Below are positions 8,466 through 18,574 of a stretch of DNA of 64,000 nucleotides, one piece after another. The notes below the pieces were generated by a model. It saw only the letters and a list, made by a program, of their open reading frames with translations, ran no database searches and was not told where the DNA came from. Position 1 is the first letter of the stretch. Every line of letters begins with the position of its first letter. Made by a program: the position numbers and the translations under genes. Origin of the DNA: Mycobacterium phage prophi79-1. The stretch lies in the sequence record MW584153.1. One strand, given 5' to 3'.

Positions 8466-9242
8466 GTGAGCACGGTCGGTGGTTATCGTCGCCATATGAC
8501 CTGCTCGTGGACCGTGGACCGCAGCTCCTTTCCCGCGCTGCCTAACGTCGGCGACCCGACATACGACGCCAAGCTGGCCATCCAGAACGCCGCCGAGGAC
8601 ATGGCGATCGAGGTGCTCTGGTCGCTGTCGGCTCGTCGGTTCGGTCAGTGTGAGGTCGTCGCGCGACCCTGCCCGCCAGCGTCGCAACTGCCGTTCCGCA
8701 CCTACTACACCGGTGATCCTGTGTCGCCATTCATTCCTGTGTTCGAGGCTGGCGCATGGCGCAATATGCATTGTGGGTGCCACTCGCGTTGCCGGACCTC
8801 TGGCCCGAGCATGGTCCATTTACCCGGTCCCGCAGGGAAAATCGTCAGCGTGACGATTGGCGCGGATGTCCTGGATACCGCCGAATACGTGCTGGAAAGC
8901 GATGTTCTCTACCGTCGCGGCGGGAAGTCGTGGCCAGCGCAGAACTACACCCTGCCCACCGGGGAGCCGGGAACGTGGTCGGTGCGATACACCCGCGGCG
9001 AGCCGGTTCCATCCGGTGTTCCCATCCTCGTCGGGATGCTCGCCAGGGAATTCATCAACGCCTGCTCCGGGAACAACTGCCGTCTTCCGCGCACTGTCGT
9101 GTCCACCACGCGCACGGGCGTCACCCATTCGTTTGACCCGTCTCGGATCTATGCCGCCGGCAAGACCGGCCTTCCCGAGGTTGACCAGTGGCTCGCCGCG
9201 GTGAATCCGAATCGGTTGATGCAGGGGCCGAAAGTGCTATGA
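8466..9242 (+). CDS. virion structural protein (head-tail/tail region), function unknown
   Basis: 258-aa ORF resuming the rightward structural block. Alternative ATG at 8496. Confidence 0.4.
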   Translation: MSTVGGYRRHMTCSWTVDRSSFPALPNVGDPTYDAKLAIQNAAEDMAIEVLWSLSARRFGQCEVVARPCPPASQLPFRTYYTGDPVSPFIPVFEAGAWRNMHCGCHSRCRTSGPSMVHLPGPAGKIVSVTIGADVLDTAEYVLESDVLYRRGGKSWPAQNYTLPTGEPGTWSVRYTRGEPVPSGVPILVGMLAREFINACSGNNCRLPRTVVSTTRTGVTHSFDPSRIYAAGKTGLPEVDQWLAAVNPNRLMQGPKVL

Positions 9243-9775
9243 CCGCAACAAATCCCCAATGCGAGGACCAGGCATCCGAGGCAATCACGGTCGTGATGAA
9301 CGTGGTCAGGCTCGTCTTCGACCCCGATGCCGAATGCCCGCCGATCGGCGGCGGATCCAAAGACGTCCGGTTCTTTACATGGGCAGGTGCGCCGTTGGCG
9401 GCCTGGGATGCCCATACCGTCAACGGTGAGAACTGTGCGCAGCCATTTCTGTGGGTACGGCTGGATATGCGTTACCGCACAATGTCTTTCCCTGAGGAAA
9501 CGCCCAATGTCGGAAACTGCTCTGGTCAACCAGTCATCGTGTTGGAGATCGGAGTGGGCAGATGCTCGACTATGGAGGCTGAGACCGACTGGGCCGCCAT
9601 TGCTCGCGAGGCTGAGGTCAGCCTCGATGACAGCTGGCGTATCGAGAAGATCATGTGCGCGGCGACGAATCGCCTTGTCGATAAGGGATTTCAGGTATCC
9701 GCCGAAAGCATCATCCCATACGGCCCCGAGGGTGGAGTTTCCGCCTGGTCAGGCATGATCCGAGTCGGTTTCTAA
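9239..9775 (+). CDS. virion structural protein, function unknown
   Basis: ATG at 9239 overlaps upstream stop (ATGA). 178 aa. Confidence 0.4.
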   Translation: MTATNPQCEDQASEAITVVMNVVRLVFDPDAECPPIGGGSKDVRFFTWAGAPLAAWDAHTVNGENCAQPFLWVRLDMRYRTMSFPEETPNVGNCSGQPVIVLEIGVGRCSTMEAETDWAAIAREAEVSLDDSWRIEKIMCAATNRLVDKGFQVSAESIIPYGPEGGVSAWSGMIRVGF

Positions 9776-9789
9776 CGAAAGGAAATGGC

Positions 9790-10113
9790 ATGCGCGAGGT
9801 CACGATCGAAGGCACAGAGACGCCGGCCGCCGGAGTGCTGGCACGCGGAAAGCGAGTCACCGTCGCCTACACAGCGCGTATCGCGCGACTGATCAGCTTC
9901 GGGTACGTCAGGATCGTCGGCGGCCCGACACCCGTCGAGCAAGCAGAGCCAGCCGACGATCTCGATGAGGTAGTCCAGCCCGAGCAGAGCGCTGAGCAGG
10001 GCGACCAGGCGACCGTGGACGAGTCGGTCGGTGACGACGCCGAAGTAGTCCAGCCGGGCGAGGGCAAGACCGCGTCACCGAAGGCTCCGCGTAGCCGTGG
10101 CACGCGCGCGTAG
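9790..10113 (+). CDS. small acidic protein (possible tail assembly chaperone-like)
   Basis: 107 aa with D/E-rich C-terminus. Overlaps next gene in a different frame. Confidence 0.35.
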   Translation: MREVTIEGTETPAAGVLARGKRVTVAYTARIARLISFGYVRIVGGPTPVEQAEPADDLDEVVQPEQSAEQGDQATVDESVGDDAEVVQPGEGKTASPKAPRSRGTRA

Positions 10114-10699
10114 ACCCTCCGAAGTCCGCTCGTCGTGGAAACACGACGGCCTTCGCATCGACATCGACGACCGCAGGCTGTACATAGTCGCCAAGAAAGG
10201 CATGCGCCCGCAGCTCGCGCGCATCCTCGATCGGATAGTCCTGCAGGCAAAGGCGATTACCAGCCGGCGGATTAACCACCCGTACAGCAAGACCGGCAAC
10301 CTGACGCGATCAATCGAGCGCACGCCCATACGTGACGTCAATCAGCATTCGGTCAAAGGCTCAGTGACGGCAGGCGGACCTATCGCTCCCTACGCGCGAT
10401 TCGTTCACGAGGGCACCCGTGCACACTTAATCAGGGCTCGCCCCGAGAATCCGACCGGGATGTTGCGGTTCTACTGGGTGCGCCGCGGGGATTTCACCAA
10501 GGCTTTACACCACGATGCCGCAGGCCGATTCACCACCGCGGACAGGGCGGTGAAAACAGTGCGTTTCACTGGTGGATACTCCGAGAACGGCAGCCTGTTC
10601 ATCGGTCCAAGCGTGCGCCATCCCGGCGCCCGGCCGAAGCCATTCTTACTCAAGGCCGCCCGTGACGTCACCGGATACACCGCGGTACGCAAGCGGTGA
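10097..10699 (+). CDS. HK97 gp10-family-like tail component
   Basis: Motifs TGNLTRSI and YARFVHEGT resemble the HK97 gp10 family signature (YAxxVExGT). GTGA-coupled to next gene. Confidence 0.4.
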   Translation: MARARRPSEVRSSWKHDGLRIDIDDRRLYIVAKKGMRPQLARILDRIVLQAKAITSRRINHPYSKTGNLTRSIERTPIRDVNQHSVKGSVTAGGPIAPYARFVHEGTRAHLIRARPENPTGMLRFYWVRRGDFTKALHHDAAGRFTTADRAVKTVRFTGGYSENGSLFIGPSVRHPGARPKPFLLKAARDVTGYTAVRKR

Positions 10700-11154
10700 G
10701 TGCACCCATGGTTCCTACGGTCAGCGACATGGCCTCCGACATCGCAGCCGACGCTGCCTCCGAAAATCCGTACGACCCCGACAACGTCACCGGTACGGAA
10801 GTCGCAGTGGTCGAGGACAAGACGGTGGATACTCCAGAGAAGCCCGAGGCACTTGACCCAGACTGGCCGTACGAGCGGCTGGAGTACAAGGGTGACAATC
10901 TTGCGGTGCGCAAACCAACGATCCAGGCGCTAGCGGCTTTCCAGCTCTCCAGTGGCAAGTTCATCGATCCTGAGCGTCAGACGGACATCACGAGCCTCTT
11001 CATGGATCGTCACCTCGGGCCCGACACCTACGACCGGATTATGACGCGATTGATCAGCCCAGATGAGCCTGAGTACACCAAGGCGTCGATCGGCGAAATC
11101 ATGGGCGCCGTTGTGCGCATGGCGGTGAACGAGAGCAAAGATACCGCCGAGTAG
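10696..11154 (+). CDS. tail assembly chaperone (acidic)
   Basis: About 150 aa, highly acidic, immediately upstream of tape measure gene. GTG at 10696 or ATG at 10708. Confidence 0.45.
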   Translation: MSAPMVPTVSDMASDIAADAASENPYDPDNVTGTEVAVVEDKTVDTPEKPEALDPDWPYERLEYKGDNLAVRKPTIQALAAFQLSSGKFIDPERQTDITSLFMDRHLGPDTYDRIMTRLISPDEPEYTKASIGEIMGAVVRMAVNESKDTAE

Positions 11155-11182
11155 CAGCACGCCCTCTGGCTAGCCTTCAGCC

Positions 11183-14100
11183 GTGACGACTGTCGGCAAG
11201 GTCGAACTTGATGCTGCCATTAATGGCGGCGACCTAAAACGACAGCTCACCAAGGAAATTCACGACGCCGTCCTGCCGGAACTCAAGAATCTGAACAAGC
11301 AGATTCGCGAAATCAACAAGGACATCGACAAAGTCAGCTCGAAGCCGTACCAGGTGTTGGCGAAAGAGGCCGGCGTCGTCGCCGACGAGCACAAGAAGAT
11401 CGCGAAGGCGATCAAGGCAGAGGAAGACGCGCAGCTTCGCCTGGCGCGAGCGCAGGACGCGTCTCGGAAGGCAATCCGGGCTCGCGGTGATGCCCGCCGC
11501 GCCGAACGTCGCGAGATCGAGCTGAACGGCGCGGCCGAAGAGAAGACCGTCCGGACGCGTGTGGACCGTGAGAAAGCGGCCGAGATTGCAATTCGTGCCC
11601 GCATACAGCGAGAGACCGAACTCGGTCTGGCGCAGCGACGGATCGCTGACGCGCGCATCGCTGATCAAAAGCGGATGGACGCCGCCGTCGCCAAGTTCCG
11701 CAAGCATGAGATCGACGGATACAACGACCTGATCGTCATGGTGCGCAAGGCGTCCGACGAGATCGTCAAGGACGCTCTGCGGCGCTCCAATGCGCAGATC
11801 GCCGAGGAGGTCAGGTATCACCAAGCGGTCGAGGACGAACTCGCCAAGGAAGCTGCGGCGCGCAATAGGGCTTACGACGAACGCGAGCGGGCTGAGGAGA
11901 AGGCGCGCAATCGGCGTGAGCGAGCCGAAGAGAAAGAACGCGCGAAGCGCGAGAGAGCCGAGTCCAAGGTACGCGAGAAGGCAGACAGGGAGGCCGATAA
12001 GCTCCAGCAGCGCGAGGAACGTCGGGAACGTCGCCGCCGAGAGATGGCTCGCCGCGGCCTGACGAGCCCACTCGCCGCCGTTGGCGCATTCGGCAGGGCG
12101 ATTACTGGTTTCGCGCCCCAGCTGTCCTCTGGGGTGTTCTCGACCATCGTTACCGGTGCAACGCTGGCAGCTGGAGCAGTGGGCTCGGCTGTTCAGTCAC
12201 TCTGGCTGCTGCCCGCAGCCACCGGGGCTGCAGCCGCCGGCATCGGCACGCTGGTGTTGGCGTTCACGGGGTTCGGGGACGTCATTGAGGCGATCGTCTC
12301 CGGCGACGTCAAGAAGCTCGCCGAGGAGATCCAGGACCTCGCGCCGAACGCACAGCAGGCGGCACTTGCGATTCAAGCTCTCATGCCGCTGTTCAGCGAG
12401 ATCCGAAAGGAAACGCAGAACGCGTTTTTCAGTGGCTCGGTCGATATGATCCGCGACCTGACCGCGCAGTACCAGCCGATGATCAAGGGGCTGACGGTCA
12501 GTATCGCGACATCGTTCAATTCGATGTTCCGCGAACTCACAGCGCAGCTGTTGACGCCGGACACCGCCAACTCATTGCAGGTGATCACCGACAACATCGC
12601 GGCATTTTTCCGGGAGCTGATTCCATCGGTCGCGCCGTTCACACAGGCGTTACTGGACATCATGGAGGTCGGCTCGGAGTTCCTACCCGGACTGGCGAAG
12701 GGCGGCACCACACTCGCTGAGAATTTCCGTGACTTCATCAGGGAGGCCAAGCAATCCGGCAAGCTCCACGAGTGGCTACAGCGTGGTCTGACCACCCTCG
12801 GCGGGCTGATTAAGGGCGTGTGGGATCTGGGCCGCGCCATCATGTCGCTCGCGCCGGCCGCCGAGAAGATCCTGCCCTATGTCGTCAGGGGCTTGGACGC
12901 CATCGCGAACTTGCTCAATGAGCATCCGACCGCTCTACCCACGGCGCTTGGCCTGCTCGTAGGCGGGTTTTTCCTCAAGGGTGTTGTCTCTCTGGCTTCG
13001 AACCTATCTCTGATCGCATTGTCTTTCGGTACAACGATCCCGCAAGCCATCCGCAAGATGATCACCACGATGACCGGAATAGGCTCCTTGGCCACCGGTC
13101 TGTTCGCGCGCGGTGGTGGCGGCCTCGTTGGCGGTTTGACGGCCGCGGAGAACGGCTTGGATCGTGTGCAGTCCAAGGCGACTGGCCTTGCGGGGACCTT
13201 GAGGACTCTCGGAGGCGGTATCGCGGGTATCGCCGCCAGCATCGGGGCGGGGGTACTTCTCGATGACGTCATCAGTAAGAACATGGCGTCGACCAGTGCG
13301 GTCGAGGGGTATCAGCGAGCCGCGCGAGACGCAACCACCGCTCAAATCGAGCTCAACACGGCCCTGCTCAACTCCGGGGGAGCCTGGGACGCAGCGGCGA
13401 AGTCCGCGGGGGAGACGACTCTCAAGACGGCGTTCAGCCAGCTGGAGGCACAAGGCAAGTCGCGGGCGTCGTGGCTCGATCAGGTCCGCGACAAGGACGG
13501 CAGCGTCTTGGGCTTCATCGGAGATTCGTTCCGTCACCCGTTCACTGCGGGCGCGGATCTGGACTCACGCAAGAAGGACCTCGACGCTCAGGCCGAGCCG
13601 TTTGCGAAAGCCTCTGAGCTGCTCAAGAATCGGTTCGGAGAGAATCTCAGCGGTCTATTCGATCAGGTCAACGGCAGCCAGGACGTGTTCAACGCGCTGG
13701 TCAAGAACCTGCGCGCGGCGGGCGAGGGCGGCAACGAGGCAGCAGATGCGCTGATCAAGGTACGCACCGAACTCAAGGGCGCCGCCGATGTCGGTGGTCA
13801 GACCAACGAAGTGCTCAAGAAACTCGGAGAGGAACCAGCCAAGGCGGTGCGCGATCTGGCGACCTCGGTCGAAGCTCTGCCGAGGGACGTGCCGCTGAAC
13901 ATCAAATCCGAGGGCGCGCAGACGGTTATCGACGATCTCCAGAAGCTCGGCGCGCAGATCGAGATCAACAAGGACGGCGAGGTCCATGTCACCGCGCCGT
14001 TGGCCAAGGAAGTCCGGGATGCGCTTGAGAAGATCGGCGTCCAAATCCAGCAGAACCGCGACGGCACCATCAACGTAAAGCTCAAAGGCGTTGAAGAGGC

Positions 14101-17100
14101 GCAGAATCAGATCACCGGCCTACAACGGGCACTCGCCGGTCTGCCGCCCGTATCGGCGGTCACGGCGCCTGTACCTGGCCAGAACAGCGCACAAACGCTG
14201 CTCGGTTCGGCACTCGGTCCCGGTCTGCCCGTACCGGCTGTGGTCCCGGCCCTGCCGCCAGCTACCCCGCCGAAGGCGCAGCTTCCACCGCTTCCGCCTG
14301 ACGGCCAGTACGCCGTTCCTGCCGACCCCGTCAACCCTGCGACGGGCAAGCCGTGGACGGACACAGAGCGCAAGAAGGCCATCGAAGACAGCCTTAACCC
14401 CAAGGATTTCATGGTCGACCCGTGGGCGGGCAGCGGCGCACCCAAGGTGCTCGGAAGCGGAGCGCTGCAGGTTGCCATTCCGGGCCTAACGCCAGGCACC
14501 CAAGGTGCACCCAATGCGCTTCCGCGCCAGTACGAGCCGGGTATGGTGCCGAACAACGTCAATCTGTTGCGGATCCTGGAGCAGACGTTCCCGGGCATCA
14601 CCGCGCATGCCGACGCCAACCGAAATGACAAGTACGGCGAGCACGGCTCGGGTGAAGCGCTGGACATCATGGTGGGCAACAACAAGGCCCTCGGCGACCA
14701 GGTCAACGCCTTTCTTCTGCAGAACGCGAAAGCGCTCGGATTGCAGTACAACATCTGGCAACAGCATCTTTGGCGTCCAGACGGCTCTGGTTACGACATG
14801 GAGAACCGTGGATCGCCGACGCAGAACCACATGGACCATGTGCACGCGCGGGTCTTGCCGGGACAGGCAGTCAACGGCGCGATCAACGCGGCCATCCCAC
14901 CACGTTCGTTGAGCCAGAACATGTACGCCACGAACGGTCCGCTCATGACGGACCCGTTCAGCGGAAACACCGGGTACTTCCAGGTAGACCAACAGGCGCT
15001 CATGCGTGCCGGTCAGGCCGTTGAGAAGGCAGGCCGCGACGTGTCGAAGGCGGCATACGACTTGGCGGTGGCCACCAAGCAGCACGAACAAAACCTGATC
15101 ACTGATAGGGATCTGCTCGACGCGCAGGAGAAATACCAAGAGGCACAGGAGAAGCTGCAGAACGAGCAGATGGACTACGCCGAGACGCAGCGCGGCAAGT
15201 TCCAGACCGAAGACTTCAGCAAGTTGCCGTTCGGCGATCCGCGTCGCATCTTGGCTGGCGCGATCTCCGGTGCGGGAGGTTCGTCCGAGGACGTATCGGC
15301 ACTGGTGGGTATGGCGTTCGGCAACACCATCAAGGACGCTGCGAGCGCGATCAATTTCGATGTGCGCCAAGCACCGAACGCGGACTACACCGACCTGATC
15401 AAACAGCGCAATCCGCTGGCGCCTTTCGCCATGGCGGGGCTCAACGTACCGGACTACTCGATCGCCGGTGGCGGGCCTGAAGCTAAGAACTTGCTGGCCA
15501 ACGTCGGACCAACGGTCACTGCAAACGGACAGATGTACTCGGACACAGCTGGTCTGCTGGACCGGTCGTTCACGAACCTGCAGGCAGCGCTGGAGGCCAA
15601 GCTCGACCAGCTCGAATCGATTATGAACCAGGTCAAAGACCGTCTAGGAGACGAGCTTCTCGGCCCGGCGGTAGAGAAGGGCGTTACCGCAGCATTGCAG
15701 GGAATCGGCGATGAACTCGGCACTGCCATCGGCAACGCCGCCGGTCCGATCATCGCTCAAGCCGTCGCGGGCGCTATGCCCAAGGGCGGCTCCGGCGGTG
15801 TTGGGGGTCAGCTGGTCAACACCGGTGCCGGAATCATCTTGCCTCCGGCGGGCGGGGCGCCCAGCGGGGGCGGTGGTTTCTTCGCATTGCCGAATTCACC
15901 AGCACTGCAAGGATTCGGACACGACCTACCTCCGAGTGCCGGCATCATCGGCGGCCTCTACGACGAGGGCGGGCTCTGGCCGTCAGGCACATTCGGCACC
16001 AACCTGTCCGGTTCGCCTGAACGCGTGCTCGACCCGGTGCAGACCAAGCTGTTCGACGCCGGCCTACTCGGTGGCTGGAACACTCCCGTACACCCGGCCA
16101 CTGGCATGCGTGCCGTGGGCTTCTCAACGACGGGTAATCCGGTCTGGCCGGTCATGGGCGGTGCGACCACCAGCGGCGTCAAGGGAAACGAGACCGTCGG
16201 TGCCGACTTCTTTGGCGTCAGCCAGGTTCCGATCATCGGCATGATCGTCAACCTGCTCGTTCGAGTGCTGCTCAAGGTGATCGGCGTCGAGATCGAGGTC
16301 CGCGACACTCTCGATGAGATGAGCAAGGACTTCCGGCAATTCCGTGGCGATTTCCAGGCTTTCGACGCTTCGGGTCGGCTGATGAACGACACGTCGGCGC
16401 TACTGGATCGCAGCTCCACCAGCGAGCAGGCCGCGGCCGACGAGCGTATCCGCATCTTGAAGATCGTCATCGAAGGTCTGATCAAGTTCATCATTGAGAA
16501 GCTCGTCGTGCCGATCGGTAAGGCCATCGCGAACGCGTTCATCAACGCTGGCGCGGGTGCCGCGGGCGGTGCGATCGGCGCCAGCTTCCCGGGCGGCAGC
16601 ATCGTCGGCGGCATGGTCTCGTCGATCATTTCCAGCGCAGGTTCCGCGATGGTCGAGATCGTCGGCGACATCTTCACCGATTTATCGCTCGCCCTCACCT
16701 CGGTGCTCACCGACATGATTGCCGAACTCCTGCAAGGCATCTTCCCCGGCATTATGAAGGACTTCTTCGGCGGCGCCGGTGCCGCAGCGATATTTGACCC
16801 GATCACCTCCATCTTCACTGGGATTTTCGGCCCGATCCTTGGGCTGCTCAGCGGACTGGGAAGCCTGTCTCTTCCTGGTCTGTCCTTCGACGAAGGCGGT
16901 ATCGCCCCGGGGATTGGCTTCCTGCCGAAGGCAACAGTGCAGCCCGAGCGTGTGCTCTCGCCGCAGCAGACCGCGAGCTTCGACCGGCTGGTGTCTGCAC
17001 TCGACGGTGGTCGTATCAGGACCGGCGACCGGGTTACCCAGATCCACGCACCGATCACCGTCCACGGCGGTGTCGGGGCAGGCGAGAACGTTCGCAACCA

Positions 17101-17125
17101 TCTGCTGTCACTGATCGATGGATAG
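11183..17125 (+). CDS. tape measure protein (1980 aa)
   Basis: Very long ORF with N-terminal charged coiled-coil (ERAEEKARNRRERAEEKERAKRERAES), Gly/Ala-rich TM-like segments, and internal motif GEHGSGEALDIMVGNN...NIWQQHLWRPDGSGYDMENRG. Canonical position. Confidence 0.85.
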   Translation: MTTVGKVELDAAINGGDLKRQLTKEIHDAVLPELKNLNKQIREINKDIDKVSSKPYQVLAKEAGVVADEHKKIAKAIKAEEDAQLRLARAQDASRKAIRARGDARRAERREIELNGAAEEKTVRTRVDREKAAEIAIRARIQRETELGLAQRRIADARIADQKRMDAAVAKFRKHEIDGYNDLIVMVRKASDEIVKDALRRSNAQIAEEVRYHQAVEDELAKEAAARNRAYDERERAEEKARNRRERAEEKERAKRERAESKVREKADREADKLQQREERRERRRREMARRGLTSPLAAVGAFGRAITGFAPQLSSGVFSTIVTGATLAAGAVGSAVQSLWLLPAATGAAAAGIGTLVLAFTGFGDVIEAIVSGDVKKLAEEIQDLAPNAQQAALAIQALMPLFSEIRKETQNAFFSGSVDMIRDLTAQYQPMIKGLTVSIATSFNSMFRELTAQLLTPDTANSLQVITDNIAAFFRELIPSVAPFTQALLDIMEVGSEFLPGLAKGGTTLAENFRDFIREAKQSGKLHEWLQRGLTTLGGLIKGVWDLGRAIMSLAPAAEKILPYVVRGLDAIANLLNEHPTALPTALGLLVGGFFLKGVVSLASNLSLIALSFGTTIPQAIRKMITTMTGIGSLATGLFARGGGGLVGGLTAAENGLDRVQSKATGLAGTLRTLGGGIAGIAASIGAGVLLDDVISKNMASTSAVEGYQRAARDATTAQIELNTALLNSGGAWDAAAKSAGETTLKTAFSQLEAQGKSRASWLDQVRDKDGSVLGFIGDSFRHPFTAGADLDSRKKDLDAQAEPFAKASELLKNRFGENLSGLFDQVNGSQDVFNALVKNLRAAGEGGNEAADALIKVRTELKGAADVGGQTNEVLKKLGEEPAKAVRDLATSVEALPRDVPLNIKSEGAQTVIDDLQKLGAQIEINKDGEVHVTAPLAKEVRDALEKIGVQIQQNRDGTINVKLKGVEEAQNQITGLQRALAGLPPVSAVTAPVPGQNSAQTLLGSALGPGLPVPAVVPALPPATPPKAQLPPLPPDGQYAVPADPVNPATGKPWTDTERKKAIEDSLNPKDFMVDPWAGSGAPKVLGSGALQVAIPGLTPGTQGAPNALPRQYEPGMVPNNVNLLRILEQTFPGITAHADANRNDKYGEHGSGEALDIMVGNNKALGDQVNAFLLQNAKALGLQYNIWQQHLWRPDGSGYDMENRGSPTQNHMDHVHARVLPGQAVNGAINAAIPPRSLSQNMYATNGPLMTDPFSGNTGYFQVDQQALMRAGQAVEKAGRDVSKAAYDLAVATKQHEQNLITDRDLLDAQEKYQEAQEKLQNEQMDYAETQRGKFQTEDFSKLPFGDPRRILAGAISGAGGSSEDVSALVGMAFGNTIKDAASAINFDVRQAPNADYTDLIKQRNPLAPFAMAGLNVPDYSIAGGGPEAKNLLANVGPTVTANGQMYSDTAGLLDRSFTNLQAALEAKLDQLESIMNQVKDRLGDELLGPAVEKGVTAALQGIGDELGTAIGNAAGPIIAQAVAGAMPKGGSGGVGGQLVNTGAGIILPPAGGAPSGGGGFFALPNSPALQGFGHDLPPSAGIIGGLYDEGGLWPSGTFGTNLSGSPERVLDPVQTKLFDAGLLGGWNTPVHPATGMRAVGFSTTGNPVWPVMGGATTSGVKGNETVGADFFGVSQVPIIGMIVNLLVRVLLKVIGVEIEVRDTLDEMSKDFRQFRGDFQAFDASGRLMNDTSALLDRSSTSEQAAADERIRILKIVIEGLIKFIIEKLVVPIGKAIANAFINAGAGAAGGAIGASFPGGSIVGGMVSSIISSAGSAMVEIVGDIFTDLSLALTSVLTDMIAELLQGIFPGIMKDFFGGAGAAAIFDPITSIFTGIFGPILGLLSGLGSLSLPGLSFDEGGIAPGIGFLPKATVQPERVLSPQQTASFDRLVSALDGGRIRTGDRVTQIHAPITVHGGVGAGENVRNHLLSLIDG

Positions 17126-17134
17126 GAGAGTTGA

Positions 17135-18574
17135 GTGGCGTTCAGGGGCTATATGACGCTCAACGGCGCCGAGCTGACTAATAGCTCGCGCATCGTCGAG
17201 CACCTGGGCGGTGTCGTCCCAACGCTCGACGCCGCGGTGTTCGGGTCACCGGGCGACTGTGCATTGGTCGAATCTGCCGAACACCCCGGCCTGTATGAGC
17301 TTCCGCCCGAGTGCGTAGAGCTGCGCCCCGGGCTGTTCACGCCGCCCCCGGGATCCAAGCTCTACGGGCGCGGGCTGGTGGAAGTCGATGGCACCTGCTG
17401 GATGGAACCCGGCGTGTGCGGCCTGGCCGAGTGCCTCTCACTCATTACCTACGACGACACCTGGCCGGGGCTGCGTGAATGGCTGGACGCTGACGGCGAA
17501 TACCGGGTTGAACTGGCTCCTTGGTACTCCTCGCGCATTCCCGAATCTGGGGAGTTCGCCGGAATGTGGTTGATGGATGTCAAAGGATTCGGGCCAACCC
17601 CGGTGTCGCGCACGATTACTGAGTCTGTCGGCAACGGCGGCATTGCGGGTCCCCACCGCGACACCTCACGCACCCTGGAGTTCGAGGCCCTGCTCATCGG
17701 CTGCACGAACGCCGGACTTGAGTATGGGCTGGAATGGCTAGCCTGCCAGCTGCGCCGCACCAAGGACCGCTCAGACTCGGTTCTGCGGTACCTCAATGCG
17801 CACCCGAGTTACACCGCTGCCGCGCCCGAAGAACTACTACGCGAGACCCACGGGGTCGTGCTGACCAAGGCGCCTGTGGTCACCGAACAGATCGTCACCG
17901 GTGGTAAGGCGCATCAACAGGCCACGGTGTACCGCGTCTCTTGGGAGATGTCCGTGCTCTCGCCGTATAGCTACTATCCCCAGGTCACGATCCCGGTTGT
18001 CTGGGACACCATCACCACCAAGCGCGTCAACTGGATCCATGCTGCCGATTGCGAGCAGCCCTACACCTGCTTGGACATGCCGGTGATGTTCTCGACAGAC
18101 TGCGCGCCCGAGGAAATCTCGGTCGTCTCCACGCCACCTCCAAACTGCGGGGGGTGTATGCCGGTGTGCTCGATGTTGCAGCACAGCTTCGTCGTGCCGA
18201 GCCGAGATCTGCCCTACCGATGCCGAGAAACCGCTGTCGGTATCGAGATCACCAACAAGAGTGCGAGTTCACTGAGCCTGCAAGCCTTCTGGCGCGTATG
18301 CGGTTCTGATGTGCGCTGTGAGAACAGTCTGTTTCCGTTGCAAGTAGCGGGTCTCCCGCCGGCCACCTCGTTGACCCTGGACGCGGTTACCGGCCGGTTC
18401 TGGACCAACTACGATGGCCGTCGCTGGCGACCACGCGGAATCGTCGGCACGCCGACCGGTGCGCCCTGGCGACCGATCGTGCTCGATCGCGCCACCTGCT
18501 GGGAGTTCGTAGTCATCGCCGCGGACAACACCGACTTCGACATCGCCATCACGCTGGCAGACCGGGAGCCGTAG
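17135..18574 (+). CDS. minor tail protein (distal tail protein-like)
   Basis: 479-aa ORF directly after tape measure. Confidence 0.55.
   Translation: MAFRGYMTLNGAELTNSSRIVEHLGGVVPTLDAAVFGSPGDCALVESAEHPGLYELPPECVELRPGLFTPPPGSKLYGRGLVEVDGTCWMEPGVCGLAECLSLITYDDTWPGLREWLDADGEYRVELAPWYSSRIPESGEFAGMWLMDVKGFGPTPVSRTITESVGNGGIAGPHRDTSRTLEFEALLIGCTNAGLEYGLEWLACQLRRTKDRSDSVLRYLNAHPSYTAAAPEELLRETHGVVLTKAPVVTEQIVTGGKAHQQATVYRVSWEMSVLSPYSYYPQVTIPVVWDTITTKRVNWIHAADCEQPYTCLDMPVMFSTDCAPEEISVVSTPPPNCGGCMPVCSMLQHSFVVPSRDLPYRCRETAVGIEITNKSASSLSLQAFWRVCGSDVRCENSLFPLQVAGLPPATSLTLDAVTGRFWTNYDGRRWRPRGIVGTPTGAPWRPIVLDRATCWEFVVIAADNTDFDIAITLADREP

Noticed and set aside
14486-17097. Long antisense ORFs (14486..15370, 15958..17097) inside the tape measure gene
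   Set aside because: High-GC antisense artefacts. Tape measure reading frame is continuous and canonical.
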